DNA of 58,012 bases from Macrostomum lignano (Eukaryota), in assembly GCA_002269645.1 (NCBI GenBank), contig NIVC01000207.1:1-58012 (forward strand), in the 5' to 3' direction. Below, piece after piece: positions 22,601-36,037 of this stretch (positions are counted from its first letter, which is position 1; each line of letters begins with the position of its first letter). The notes under the pieces are model-generated. The model saw only the letters and a list, made by a program, of their open reading frames with translations. It ran no database searches and was not told the DNA's origin. A program made the translations under genes and the position numbers.

Positions 22601-22910
22601 TAGAATAGACAAATCTTAAAACAGGCCTATGCATAGACCAAGAGTGAGAATAAGTCAAATGAGGCCTAACATTAACAAGAGCAAGGTCTAGTTACCAACC
22701 TGTATGGTTGAAATCAACCCATTGTTTTCCACAACACTCTGCAAAATAGCAGCTTAATTGATCTTTATACACAAAGCTAACTGACAAGGCAATAGCAGAA
22801 AAAGCTGCGCTCGCTAAAGAAAGGGGATTCGCTTCCGCAGAGAAGATTTGATGCAATACAAGTAAAAACAGAGGCAACAAAACTTTGCCTCTGGCTGTGA
22901 AAAGCTTCAT
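18656..22910 (-). CDS. TOR1A-like: Torsin family AAA+ ATPase, paralog D (346 aa; most canonical, TorsinA/B-like)
   Basis: Exons (minus): 22910-22700, 21034-20772, 19856-19681, 19209-19079, 18915-18656; sum 1041 nt, open frame, GT-AG. Signal peptide plus hydrophobic NTD plus CYFAECC, Walker [44 protein letters not shown]. Orthology to vertebrate TOR1A is not established. Confidence 0.95.
19245..19640. repeat. (GATA)n microsatellite in torsin D intron 3
   Basis: Seen directly; explains the SIYL repeat ORF. Confidence 0.97.
20100..20670. repeat. 25-bp minisatellite (gccattctatcataggtcatagact), about 23 copies, in torsin D intron 2
   Basis: Direct periodicity of 25. Confidence 0.97.
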
Positions 22911-25683
22911 TTTATTTATAGATAAATCTAAATAGTAAATAGTTCAAATATATATACTAAAGAAGGCCAATTTAATGTTGTGGACCTTGGCCGCCCCTCA
23001 CTGGATTGCAATCATTAACGCGCGCATTAGCGCAGTTTGCGCAGATGCATTTTCAGATTTTAAACTTGTACAAAAGTCACGTGCGTTCAAGTGCGTTTGT
23101 CGTATTTTGAAAATTTTGGTAGGCTAAATGTAACGCTGGCCAACCAGGAATATATTGAGCGTATAGGCCTTGATCCAAATTCGGATTCGATTATTCAAAT
23201 TTGAATGATTGTTTGAAATAAATCCTATGAATTTAAAAAGATCCTGGCTTTACATTGCTATTGTACATGTTGTCAAAAATCGTTGAGTGAAATTTTCCTT
23301 TTGTACCATAGTTTGTCGGACATTGGATATTATATTTATCATGATTATTAAATAATATTTCGTAATTTGGCATAAAAGTTTGAGTCATTTTTTAGGGTTG
23401 AATGGTCATTTTGGGGCCAAGGACAACTTAAGTAGAAGGACGCAACACTCGAAATCTATGGTAAATGTTTTTAAGGCAACTTTTCCCAGAAAAATACACT
23501 ACAGAGATAGGAGGTTTCACAAAAATATTTGTTATTGCTTTTGATAGGAGGCAGATCCAGTGTTCATCTTTTGATATATCGTGCCTTTCTTATTGCTCTA
23601 TCGATATTCATAAAGCTTTTCGTTCAGAAATAGTTTTAAAGGCATGCAGGTTTCACCGGAAAAATACACTATGGATTTTTTCTCACCGGTGAATTTCACT
23701 AAATTCACTAAAAATACACTAATTTTACGATTTTCAACACTAAAACAGTGATTGGGTCTCTTTAAAGTGTCAGAGAAAGTTCTAATCACACTATTATGTG
23801 CCTCATGCTGCTCAAACGACGCATTAATCGATTTTTCATGTTAAATTGTTGGTCTTGTCATTATTTTAAACGTTTTTTCAAGTGACACCAATTTAACATA
23901 AAAAATCGTAAATGAAACATCGTAAATCGCATGTAAATGAATTTTAGAAACATGATAGAAAATATATGCGCGAATAAGTTTACTGGTCTGCCCAGAAACT
24001 ACATGTATGCATTTATAAGCAGAATATACGTGTTATATATGTAGCTATACGTATGTATAGCTATAAGTATGCATATGTGGTATGAAAAAGTACGAATAAT
24101 TTATAGTGTGCGGGAACTGCAACTAAAGGAGTGTACTAGTAGTGTCTACTACAGTCTACTAGTAGTGTCTAATTAATAAAAATGGTAAGAAAGATGCCGG
24201 TGATGGGGCGGCTGCAATTATGTATGTGCAGACTCCAAGCGCATTTCTACTGTGAATTTGACCGAAGCTGTTAAGTGACGCGGCTTGAGCGGCGCGGGCC
24301 GATGATATCGATTGAACTTTTTCTCTGCACACGAGAAACTGCTGCTAAAAAGTATTCTGTTGAGGGGAATCAAGCTGGCCGCCAGTTAGAGCTTTGTACA
24401 TGAAAAGAGGAAGGGCAAAGCGAAGATGAAGAACGTTCTTACCCTCCAGACTCCCCTGAACTTATAGTCGCTCTGCTAGAGATCATTAATTGGAATGCCG
24501 GGGTTGAGAATTGATTCTTTAAAACGCTTCAGCTTACTACAATTCATGCATTCCAGCTGCTCAGAAGCCAAGAATTTCTTCATCGTAGGATGGGATAATG
24601 CGTGAAGGAAGGGCAAAGCTGTATGGGACAAGAGTGAGGGGAATTGGAGAGCAATAATAGTAGAAATGGCCTCAAAGGTCGGCAAAATAATGGAGACTTG
24701 AGATCTGCGCCTCCGGAAAGTATTCAAAGCTTGCAGTCGAGTAGCAGGCTACTGATTTTCTTCCAGGTTGTCAGTTTGGCCATTCTGCCCTCATGCTTTG
24801 AGTCGCTTTCTACTATCTGCATTGAACTGGTTGCTGTGCATTTACCAACCAGCTGTCCCATATTAGGTAAAGAGCCTCTCTGAAAATCAGCCAGTATAAG
24901 TTTAGCAAACACAAAATGCCTTCGTGAGAGTTATGTAATTGCCGACTCCCACCTAGCTCGTACGTTTCATATCGGATTTTCCAAATACACAGCAAGTTGC
25001 CGAGAGTTGACAACGCCGACCAAAAATTGTCACGATTTTTTCGAGTTTTCGATTTTGTCGCTTTCATTGACTGCAAAACTGAGAGACAGGCGCCAATAGC
25101 TGCTGCTTTCAAATGTAGAACTGCATAGGCTGCTGCGTGACTGAAAGATGCGCGCGACACACGCTTTCGCACCTGCTAATTAAATTAAGAAAAACAACGC
25201 GTGGAGGCAACAGAAAAGTAAGACAGATGACGCTGTGGCTCAATTTTGTCGGTCGCCGCTTCTTCAGCCATCAAGATTCTCCCCATTCCTCTCTCAGCTC
25301 TGCTTGCCTTTCCCTGCCAATCGATTCTAGTGCTACAGGGCCGGCCCTCAACACAGGTTCGAGCTGTTTGCCCGCTGCGGGAGTGTTAGAAAGTGACTGA
25401 GTGGGGAGCGCTGATGGAAATCACTCCAGCATTGGCAGTCATGGGGCCGCTTGAGTCCACAGCATGGGCAGCTTTTAGACTGATGGACGGCAAGAGCTTT
25501 GTCGCTCACTCATCCAGCCAGGTCGGGCGGGGCGGGCAGGTATGCGCCGGACATGCAAGCCCCACAGGATTCTTAAAATAAATCCGGTGTTTGCATCGCC
25601 GAGAGCGAGTCTGTACCGTAGACTTTGCTTTGCGGGAAATCGCCAAGGCGGCTCAAGCCTTTTCTTTAGTCTCTGGAGCATAA

Positions 25684-26155
25684 TCCAGAGAGACTCCGTA
25701 GATTGCCGATTCGGAGACCCAGAGAGACCCCGTAGATTGTCGATTCGGAGACCCAGAGAGACCCTGTAGATTGTCGATTCGGAGACCCAGAGAGACCCCG
25801 TAGATTGCCGATTCGGAGACCCAGAGAGACCCTGTAGATTGTCGATTCGGAGACCCAGAGAGACCCCGTAGTTTGCTGATTCGGAGACCCAGAGAGGCTC
25901 CATAGATTGTCGATTCGGAGACCCAGAGAGGCTCCATAGATTGTCGATTCGGAGACCCAGAGAGACTCGGTAGATTGCCGATTCGGAGACCCAGAGAGAC
26001 CCTGTAGATTGCCGATTCGGAGACCCAGAGAGACTCGGTAGATTGCCGATTCGGAGACCCAGAGAGACCCTGTAGATTGCCGATTCGGAGACCCAGAGAG
26101 ACCCTGTAGATTGCCGATTCGGAGACCCAGAGAGACCCTGTAGATTGCTAATTCG
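25684..26155. repeat. 34-bp minisatellite (gtagattgccgattcggagacccagagagacccc), about 14 copies
   Basis: Direct periodicity; the 34-aa period in the ORF track equals 3 units. Confidence 0.96.
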
Positions 26156-27739
26156 GCGACACACGTCGAATTGAATTCACAGAAATCGCGGTCGGGTTCG
26201 AGAAGTCTAAATTGACCTCCAGGAAGTGGCGACGCGAAGCTCCTCGGGTGACCCTCGATTGCCGGCTGCTTGCCGAAGAGGTGCCGAGCGGGCCAGGCTG
26301 CAAACTCAATTACCGATTGCGGGGAGCTTCTCATCGACTGAAGTTTCTGATGCCGCGGCTTCCATACAGGCTTGATTAGAGAGGCCAAACAATTTGCGTC
26401 TCTTCTGTCGGCACTTCAGACGGTGCTGTACAGGGACAGAGTTGCTTCAACCGTTTCCCAACGGGATAATGAATAGCGGCATAACTATAGGGAGCTGCTC
26501 ACTGCCGCTGGTCTGTTTTGCTTATCGTGCTGATAAAAAAAGTTTCATTTTTACTGACTAGCGAGATAGAAAAAATATGTGCATTTTCAGCAGTCGGTCG
26601 GGGACTCAGCTGCCTAATCGATAAAGGGTCAAGTTTTTGAGGCAACTATGTTTACTGTCACTTGAGCAGCAGCAGCAGCCAGGCAGATTGACAGAGTCGC
26701 ATCAGACTTTCATGCGATGGAGGCAGAGGCAGGAGCTGCAGCAGATGCACTGAGCTACAATTCTTTTCCGGCCAAAGCCGCAGCTGCCGCACTTGCTACC
26801 CACCGCCCTGCCTCAGAAGCACCAGGCCGCTGATGCGGGGTGCCGCTCCTGGGTAGGTGGAGCTGAGGGCACAGGGGAACAAAGGGGAATTAGGGTCGGT
26901 GGGGACAATGCCTCAGCGGGCGGCAGTTCAGTCTGTGAGGTGTGGACTTCAGCATTCAACCATTGGAGCTGCCTGCCCCACCCCTCAGGTCAGTGAGCTG
27001 ACAGACGGTCGCACCAGTCGGCAGTGGAACGGGGCTTCCGGTAATGGAGGGGGCGGCCCTACAGCTGCTAACATGAGCCACCCGCCTCAGCGCCCCAGAT
27101 TAATCAGATTCCTTCCACCTGGACGCCTTGCTAAAAACCCTTCTCTCGGTCCTGTCCCTCTCCAGTTGGGCTGAAATGACGTAACTGGCGCTCGCCAGAC
27201 TGTCCGTAAGGCCATGTCTTACCTGCGTGCAGTCATTCACAGAGCAGCGGACTCATTCCACCCGACCCTCTCGCCTCTCTCTGGCCCATCGATTGGAGAT
27301 TGACCGGCTCTATGGGCTCCCGTGATTCGCGCGATTACTCAGCCAGAGCAGCGGCAGGAAACTCCCCGGGCCTGCAGGCAGGGAGGAAGCCGCCGTTCTG
27401 CAGTTTGGAGGCTTTTTCTAACTGCGCGCTTTTAATCAGCAGCTTCGAGCTCACTTGCTAATCTCCTGAGTCACACGAATCCAATCGGGTCGCAGTTCCT
27501 TTCTATCTATCTGGTTAGAGGCTCGTTGCGTCACGACAAGTTTTTCTTACCGAACTAATTTGGCGCGGTGTTAATTAGCAGCCGGAAGTTCCGGCGTGGC
27601 AATAATTTATTCAACTTACTGAGCAGCGGGGGTCCAAGTTGCCAACCCCAAGGACACACGCTGGGGGACCCTTCTCAGACTCAAATCTGCCTGTCTCTGA
27701 TTCTTCTTCTATCTTCTAGCCAATGCTTCTCTCCTAGTC

Positions 27740-27960
27740 CCACTCTCCCTCTCCCCTATCTCCCCCTCTCCCCTATCCCCCTCTCCCCTATCTCTCCCCT
27801 CTCCCCTATCCCCCCTCTCCCCTATCTCCCCTCTCCCCTATCTCTCCCCTCTCCCCTATCTTCCACTCTCCCTATCCCCCCTCTCCCCTATCTCCCCCTC
27901 CCCCTATCCCCCCTCTCCCCTATCTGCCCCTCTCCCCTATCTCCCCCTCCCCGCTTATCT
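27740..27960. repeat. Polypyrimidine repeat (ctcccctat-like)
   Basis: Seen directly; GGGG runs on the minus strand. Confidence 0.9.
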
Positions 27961-28687
27961 CCCCTTTTTCACTCTCGCGTTTACCTGTCCATAATGGGTT
28001 CCCGTGTTCTTAATTATATCACTTTACTAATGATCTTTAACAATGTCAAAGCATTTTTTCTATAATTTCACTGAATCCACATCATCTCCCTCTCCCTGTC
28101 TGCAGTCTCCCTCTGTCTATGTCTCTCAGCTCTGAGCTATGCAAAATCAGTGCTTTTAGCACCCATGTTAGTTTTTTACCCGTAAGTAGAGTCTGCCCAG
28201 CGCTAACAAGCCCTGTCCATTAGCTCCTCTTCGGAAGGCGACCTAGCAACACGGCTGACCCTGGTTCCGAGCTAAAAGCAGTCCAGCTGACAGCAATTCT
28301 CATTTTGCTTTCGAATCAAACGCAGCTTCTGGCCATTGAGAAACCGCGGCTACTGAGACAGAAATGTTTTCAAGTTCGCCATACGCAGCTGCTGGGATCG
28401 TGTAGTGGCAGACAGCGCTGCTGACAGGACTAGGGTCCTGACAGGATTAAGGTCCTGTCCCTTAGACTTTCAAGATTTACCCCAGCTTGTAAATCTTTTC
28501 ACCATCTGCTTCGGCTCCGAGCTTAAATCAGGCTGGACCGCAGATTCTCTGAAAATCAGATAGCGCGGTTGTTGAACATCTGCGCGTGGGTTTAGAGATG
28601 TGCGACTGTTTATTGCTGTGCGCATGCCTGTGCAGGCAGTCCTAATTACATCAGTACATCATGTGTGCGCATAGGTATATGCCTGTA

Positions 28688-28690
28688 TCC

Positions 28691-28761
<71 letters not shown>

Positions 28762-28770
28762 CATCTATCC

Positions 28771-28865
<95 letters not shown>

Positions 28866-28890
28866 CATCTATCTATCTATCTATCTATCC

Positions 28891-28969
<79 letters not shown>

Positions 28970-28970
28970 C

Positions 28971-29026
<56 letters not shown>
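28688..29026. repeat. (TATC)n microsatellite
   Basis: Seen directly. Confidence 0.98.
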
Positions 29027-29624
29027 GTGTGAATAAAAATCATGGTGAATCCGAACTTTCCTGAGCAGGTCGAGTAGGCAGCTTGGATCCCGAGCGGGCT
29101 GCAGGAAGAGGGATTATCTGAATCCCTGATCGGAAGCCCGAAGCTCAGCGCAGGAATCTTTGCCTCAGTCACATATCCGGAATCTGTTTCTGCCTAGCAA
29201 CGTGAATAATTAATTAGGGGGCCAGAGATGAGGCAGCTCAGGATCAGGCAGCTCTGAGGCAGCTCTTTGGAGCCGGGACTCAAACTCCTCTGCTTGCAAT
29301 TTCGGTGGCCAATAAAATTTGACAACTTTATGGCGCTTTTATCGTTGCACAGAACGGACGCGATTTTAATGCTGTTTTCAAGCGTTTGGGCGCAGTGTGT
29401 ACACGAATTGACTAAGCTTTGACTGAGATCGTTTTGAAGTGAACGCTGATGCTGCAGAGCTGATTTTCTGATGAAATATTGCCATGCATTTAATCAAGCC
29501 ATCGGGCGATAGTAAGGGCTTTCAGTTCCCTGAGATAATGACTTTTTATTGATAGCACCGAGGGAGACAATTGAAAATATTTTGCAGAAAGAATTTGGTA
29601 CAGTGGGTTGAAAAGATTGGAAGT

Positions 29625-30132
29625 AGAGCAGAGAGGGTACAACAGAGAGGGTAGGACAGAGAGGGGGTAGAACAGAGAGGGTAGGACGGAGAGGGTACAA
29701 TAGAGAGGGTAGGACGGAGAGGGTAGGACAGAGAGGGTAAAACAGAGAGGGGGTAGAACAGAGAGGGTAGGACAGAGAGGGTAAAACAGAGAGGGTAGGA
29801 CAGAGAGGGTACAACAGAGAGGGTGGAACGGAGAGGGTAGGACAGAGAGGGTAGAACAGAGAGGGTAGAACAGAGAGAGGGTAGAGTAGAGAGGGTAGAA
29901 CGGAGAGGGTAGAACGGAGACTGGAAATCAAGAGAGGGGAAACTAATAGAGGGTAGAACAGAGTGGGTAGAACAGAGAGGGTAGAACGGAGAGGGTAGGA
30001 CAGAGAGGGTAGGACAGAGAGGGTAGGACAGAGAGGGTAGAACGGAGAGGGTAGAACGGAGAGGGTAGGACAGAGAGGGTAGGACAGAGAGGGTAGAACA
30101 GAGTGGGTAGAACAGAGTGGGTAGAACAGAGA
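29625..30132. repeat. 14-bp purine-rich minisatellite (gagagggtagaaca)
   Basis: Direct periodicity of 14. Confidence 0.95.
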
Positions 30133-31104
30133 GGCCGTGGGTTAAAAGTTCTTCGAGCAAATGCCGCAGAAGACTACAGGCGGGGGCCATCAGGTGCAGG
30201 CACAGGTGGCGGGATACCCAGACAGAGGCCAAACGGTCATAATAAATAGCAGAGAAAAAATGGAAAGTCAGCCATCGGGTCAAGAGAGAGCAGTGAAGCT
30301 GAGCGTGGGGCCGAGTCTTATCTGCAGCCTCCTTGTGTGTTGGGGAGGCGGTCAAGGAGATAAGTGAGGTTAATGAGGATAGCGGCCGGGCCAGCGTTCC
30401 GCCCAGCAAACTCGATTGCCACCTCCTCCTCCCCTCCCTATCCCGCTTTCGCTGCTCCGTCATCCGTCCATTTTTCCGGTCGATCTGCCGGAGGGAGGAC
30501 CTCGGCGGGCCCCCAAGGGGTGTCGGCCGCTGGGGGGGGAGGACGTCAGGAGGACTCAAGTCGCATCGAGAATCAATTTACGATATGCGAGTGCTCAGCT
30601 GGCCGGAAAATGCAATCGAACCCCGTACCCCCAGTCCCTGTGCTTCCCTACTGAGCCAAGCGGCTCCGTTAGGGCAGTCGCAGGCCAGAGTGAGCCAGTT
30701 CCCGACTAAACTGCCGAAGCAAGAGTCAAAGAACCCAGCAGGTGAACATTGTTGAGCAAGCCTTAATCCCTGGCCTGTGCTCGTGTCAAACTGTTTTAAT
30801 GGGTTTTCATCAGCGCAGAGGAATCCAACGGGGTCGTGCAGTGCTGCCTGCCAGCTGCGCTCCCATTGGCTGGCTGTGGCTGGCTAATGGAGGACCGCTC
30901 AGAGCTCGGGCTTCACCAGTTCATATGAAGCTCTGCCAGCTCAGCCCCCGCCTCCCCACCGCTATGCGACTCAGCCCCGGCAGCAGCAACAGCAGAAGCA
31001 GTAAAAGCAGCAGAGAAAACTCGCCAGCAGCAATACTCGAGCAGCAGCAACAGCAGCAGAGGCGGAGGCCGCCAGCTGTTCAGCCTCAGCTCAGCGGCCA
31101 TGCG

Positions 31105-31437
31105 ATGCCGCAGCGGCTGCCATCGTGTCCTTCAAGCCTGAGCCTCCAGCTGCTGCCACTTCTGCTGCTATCGATGCTGCTGTCGCCGACCGTCTCCGGC
31201 ACTGCCGCTCTGTCGTCACCTTTGAAGTCGCTGAGCCCGGAGGAGCGGCGGTTCCTGGCGCAGGGCATCCACGTGACGGCCTATCAGCTGACGGACGCGG
31301 AGAGCCGGCACTCGGTGACGGTGAGCCAGCGGGCCCTGCTGGAGAACCGGCGCAGCCTGCAGTCGCTGCGGCAGCTGTTCGGCAACAGCAGGCCGCGGCT
31401 CAGGCGGTTCCTGCGCAGCCTGCAGCGGCTCCGGTGA
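31105..31437 (+). CDS. Putative small secreted protein or peptide precursor (110 aa; an in-frame upstream ATG at 30925 is possible)
   Basis: MPQRLPSCPSSLSLQLLPLLLLSMLLSPTVSG signal-peptide-like start; GC3-rich codons (CTG, GAG, CGG) like the other genes here; three RR dibasic sites; Arg-rich C-terminus. No family recognised. CG|GTGACC at the 3' end could instead be a splice donor. Confidence 0.55.
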   Translation: MPQRLPSCPSSLSLQLLPLLLLSMLLSPTVSGTAALSSPLKSLSPEERRFLAQGIHVTAYQLTDAESRHSVTVSQRALLENRRSLQSLRQLFGNSRPRLRRFLRSLQRLR

Positions 31438-32977
31438 CCGGCCGGCGCCTGCCCGTGTAAATAGACACAGAGCATAGCCTGCGAACTTCCCCATAGAGTC
31501 AGACAATGCAAATGCCAGGCACTGGAGCAGGCAGACTGGCGGTCTGTTTGCTTGCTGCATCAAATACCATTGTTATTATTACATTAAATTTTTGCGCGAC
31601 GCTCGCGGATGTTTCTGGACTCCCGAATACAAAAAAATTCAAGCAAAATTTGCAAGCAATCTGCGCACGTATCATTCTGCTTTCATTAATTTTTTGTCTT
31701 CTTCCCCCCCCCCCTGGCAACAATCCAGCTGAGTCAGAACCCCAGCCTTCCCGGGCGCATTCCTGCAGGCAATCAATGAAAAAGCTTTCGCAATGCCAGA
31801 AAAATTGCAATAGCAGCAGCAATGGCACGGTGCTCTTATTGATTTCCCAGCTCCGTCATTGTGACTCGTGGCGGCTGGATCAGAAAGGCTGGACTCGTAA
31901 AGTGCATGGCTGCATGGAATTGTCTGCATCAGCTGCCGCTGCTAAGTGGCCCCACTAGGAAAGCGAATCTCTGTTTGCTTTGCCACCTGACAATGGGCTG
32001 CTGCGCTTTTGACATTTGCTGTGCAGAACCGGAGATGGAATGTCTCTTGAGCAGGCGAAAGTGAAATGCGGAGTATTGAGGATGGGAGGGAGAGGAAGAG
32101 TGGGGATGGGATGCGACAGCCGACCCCCAGCTAGCATAGTTCATCCGCTCACACGGGGTGTACAGCGGCACCGACTTTCTAATCTAGGGAATCTCATGGC
32201 CAACTTTCATGGTCAGAGCCTCAAATCATTGCGATTCGAACCCGGGGACATTTTGGTGCCAGAGTCAAACGTGGACCCAAACTCAGATGCGATGAAGTTC
32301 GCGTCATTTGCATCATCAGCTCAATAGGGATGGGATCGGGATTATTCAGTCCAGAACAGACTGAAAGCACGCGGGTCCCACAAGCACTTCCTATTGCTGC
32401 ATGTTAATTCCCGGATCCCGGATGTTCGTCTTCAAATCTACATCCCCACCCGCCCCCCCCCCGACCCCAAAAGCCGGCTCAATTCTAGTGAGGCTATACA
32501 GAGAGGCTTCACGGGCCAGTTAGTGCTTGCCAGGTTTCTGCAACTCAAGCAATCAAGCGTGAAAATCTTCCAGGAGATGGGCGGGCGGCTTCTAAGCTTG
32601 AGCTTCTATGATGCAGCAGCAGCCGCCGCAGCCTCCCTGACAGATCGCCGCGTAAGCCAGGAAGCCGCATCATTGTCTGTATGAGAATAGGAAGCAGAAG
32701 ACAGGCCTAAGGCAGAAGCGCTGAAAAACAGAAAAGAAGCCAGGCAAACTGGGCCAAGGTGTGGCAGTCACACAATCTGTCTAGCGATTGCATTGGAGCC
32801 TGCGATGACCGCCCCTCCCACCGGGTGTGGCAGCCAGCGATTCTCTACGGCAAACCCAGCAGCACTGGCTGGCAGCCAAGTGCCACGCCCTACCAGCCTG
32901 GTCACAATGGGATATAAGGAGCTGCTTAAAATATTTTGGTGACGGGATCTGAGAGGTCGAAGCACATGACTAAGGAA

Positions 32978-33275
32978 GCTGTGATTGGCTGTCAGGAATC
33001 TGGGTGCTAGTCTGGATGGGGAGGTCGGCGTTCCTTACCCAGCCCAGCTGTGATTGTCTCTCAGGAACGTGGCTGCTAGTCTGGATGGGGGTCGGCGTTC
33101 CTTGCCCAGCCCAGCAGTGATTGGCTGTCAGTAACCTGGCTGCTAGTCTGGATGGGGGGTCGGCGTTCCTTGCCCAGCCCAGCTGTGATTGGCTGTCAGG
33201 AACGTGGCTGCTAGTCTGGATGGGGGTCGGCGTTACTTGCCCATCTGTGATTGGCTGTGAGAAACCTGGCTGCTA
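32978..33275. repeat. About 66-68-bp tandem repeat (gctgtgattggctgtcagga...ctagtctggatgggggtcggcgttcc), about 4.5 copies
   Basis: Seen directly. Confidence 0.85.
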
Positions 33276-33857
33276 GGGGCAGATATTTATAGTCCAGTTA
33301 TAATTGCCTAGCACTTGAATTAAAAACTCACGTGATGCAGGTAACGGGACAGGGCCCAGGCTCACACTAGTGTCAGTTTGCGCGACATAAAATATGTCAA
33401 TTTGTAAATACGTACACAGAGCAATCTATAAAGTACTAAATTAGTTTGAGCCAAACGCAGCTGCAACAGCAGGGATGATTTTGCTTATTATTATGATAAA
33501 GAAAGCATGCGATCCAGTCAGCTGTACAATTGAATAGCTTGACTGACACAGGCTTTCATGGCCCTCGGCCTCGCAAATGGCGGCTATCCACTGAATGACC
33601 TGCCGCACTCACTGGGCAAACAAAGCGGGCGGGGCGCATCATGCGGCTGCTTGTCAGAGCACGAGTGGCCCGGCCGGCTGAACTGCCTCATTGTCTCTGT
33701 GCGCTGTGCAGAGCCGAGAGCCTGGGCGGGACATTGCGGCCCGGCTGCTGAGTGCGTCTCAGAAAGCTGCTTGAGGCCCGGGTGGAGCCTCATCGAGCAC
33801 ACGGATATGCAGCCTGAATAGCCTGCTATTGCTGTCCGCTCTTTTTCCATTCATCCA

Positions 33858-34501
<644 letters not shown>

Positions 34502-35259
34502 GCTTGTATAGATCAAACGGGTAAGTTAAAAGTCACGGAGGTCACTGGAGGTCAGAGGCTGTGATTTCAATCTGTCAGACCCGCACTGGTTGCCGGCATG
34601 AGCAGCTTTGAGCCCAAGCAAACTGCAGTTTTGTTTGGAGTTTTCGTGAGCAAAAGAAACAATCCGAAAGCAAAGAAAAGAAGGCGGCGAGACAGAGAAA
34701 CGGAAGCAAAAGCGCTAATGAGGTGACGCAAAAACTCACAGGTGAGGGCCAGCTTAGCTGACGTGTTGCTAACGAGAGCCTCAGTGCCGCATTGCGTGGT
34801 ACCCGCAGACTCGAGCCGCCCACTCGCATGCCAGCGATACATCAGCGGCTCGCGGTGGCTCCCTGCCAGCTCCGGTATTCAGATTCGATGCGTTTTCACC
34901 CTGTTTCACTGTTTTCGCCATCAAATTTGTAAGCTCGCAGTTGATTATTTTAACTTCGAGAAGCTGTCAAGAAGTCAGAAATTAGTTCTCAATATCCGCT
35001 TAGAGAAGGACTTGATTTATGATTATTATGTTTGAGTAGCATAGTAGGGGTGAGTCTGAAGTGATAAAACTCGAGGATTTATGGAGGCATCAGCTGGTTG
35101 CCAGGCAACTGTCCGACCCGATCGAACCGACTTAGCACTGAATCTTACTCTTTATTTTCAGCTGAGCTCGTAAAAAACACTGGCTGCTTTCGCGTTGAGT
35201 CTGGCTGCACTAAACACCCCTTGCTTTTTGCAACAGTCTCTGCCTGAGTGTCTGCCAAA

Positions 35260-35460
35260 CAGACAGGTGGACAGACAATAAGGGACAGAGGGACAGACAC
35301 TAAAAGACAGGCAGACACTAAGAGTCAGGCAAGGCAGATAGACACTAAGAGACAGGCCGACAGACACTAAGAGACAGGCAAAACCGACACTAAGAGACAG
35401 GCAAGTCAGACACTAAGAGACAGGCATACAGACACTAAAAGACAGACAGACAGACAGATA
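35260..35460. repeat. Degenerate repeat of about 20 bp (gacactaagagacaggca-like)
   Basis: Seen directly. Confidence 0.75.
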
Positions 35461-36037
35461 TGCCTCAGCATGTTTGCCTGTATTCCCAGGTCTGACTCTT
35501 AGAGTGAATTCATAAATCAGAATTTTTCAAAAAGAAAATTAAATTTTTCGCAAAGGCTCTCAGCTGTTTGGGTCATCTATGAAATGAAATTGGATTAAAA
35601 ATTAGAGTGGTTGCATCTGACGTTATCCAAAGCAGATGTGACTCCGGCTCAGCTGCATCAATTGCTTCTCCAAAGCTGCTCACCTACCGGAGAGGCAGCT
35701 CACAAGCGGAGGTCCCTGCTGCTCATAAATCAGTGAGCCTTGAAGCAGAAAAACTGCAGAAAGACTGTGCTCGAGCTTTCATTTAAAACGTATTGATTTC
35801 AGTCAGTTTTAAAAGCAAGTTTAATAATACTTAAGAAAAATATCATTTTTTAGCAGGAAATTAACAGTTCTATCAGAATCTAAATGTTTGTTTTTAACAA
35901 AGTCTTCAGTCTGTTAATAAAAAAATATGAGAAAAAATCGTTCACTAAAAGCAGAAATAAGGCAAATTTACAGCTCTAAACAGATTTGTCAGCGCTGCGG
36001 CAAGTATAGCAATAACTGGGATTCTGTTATTGTCTAT

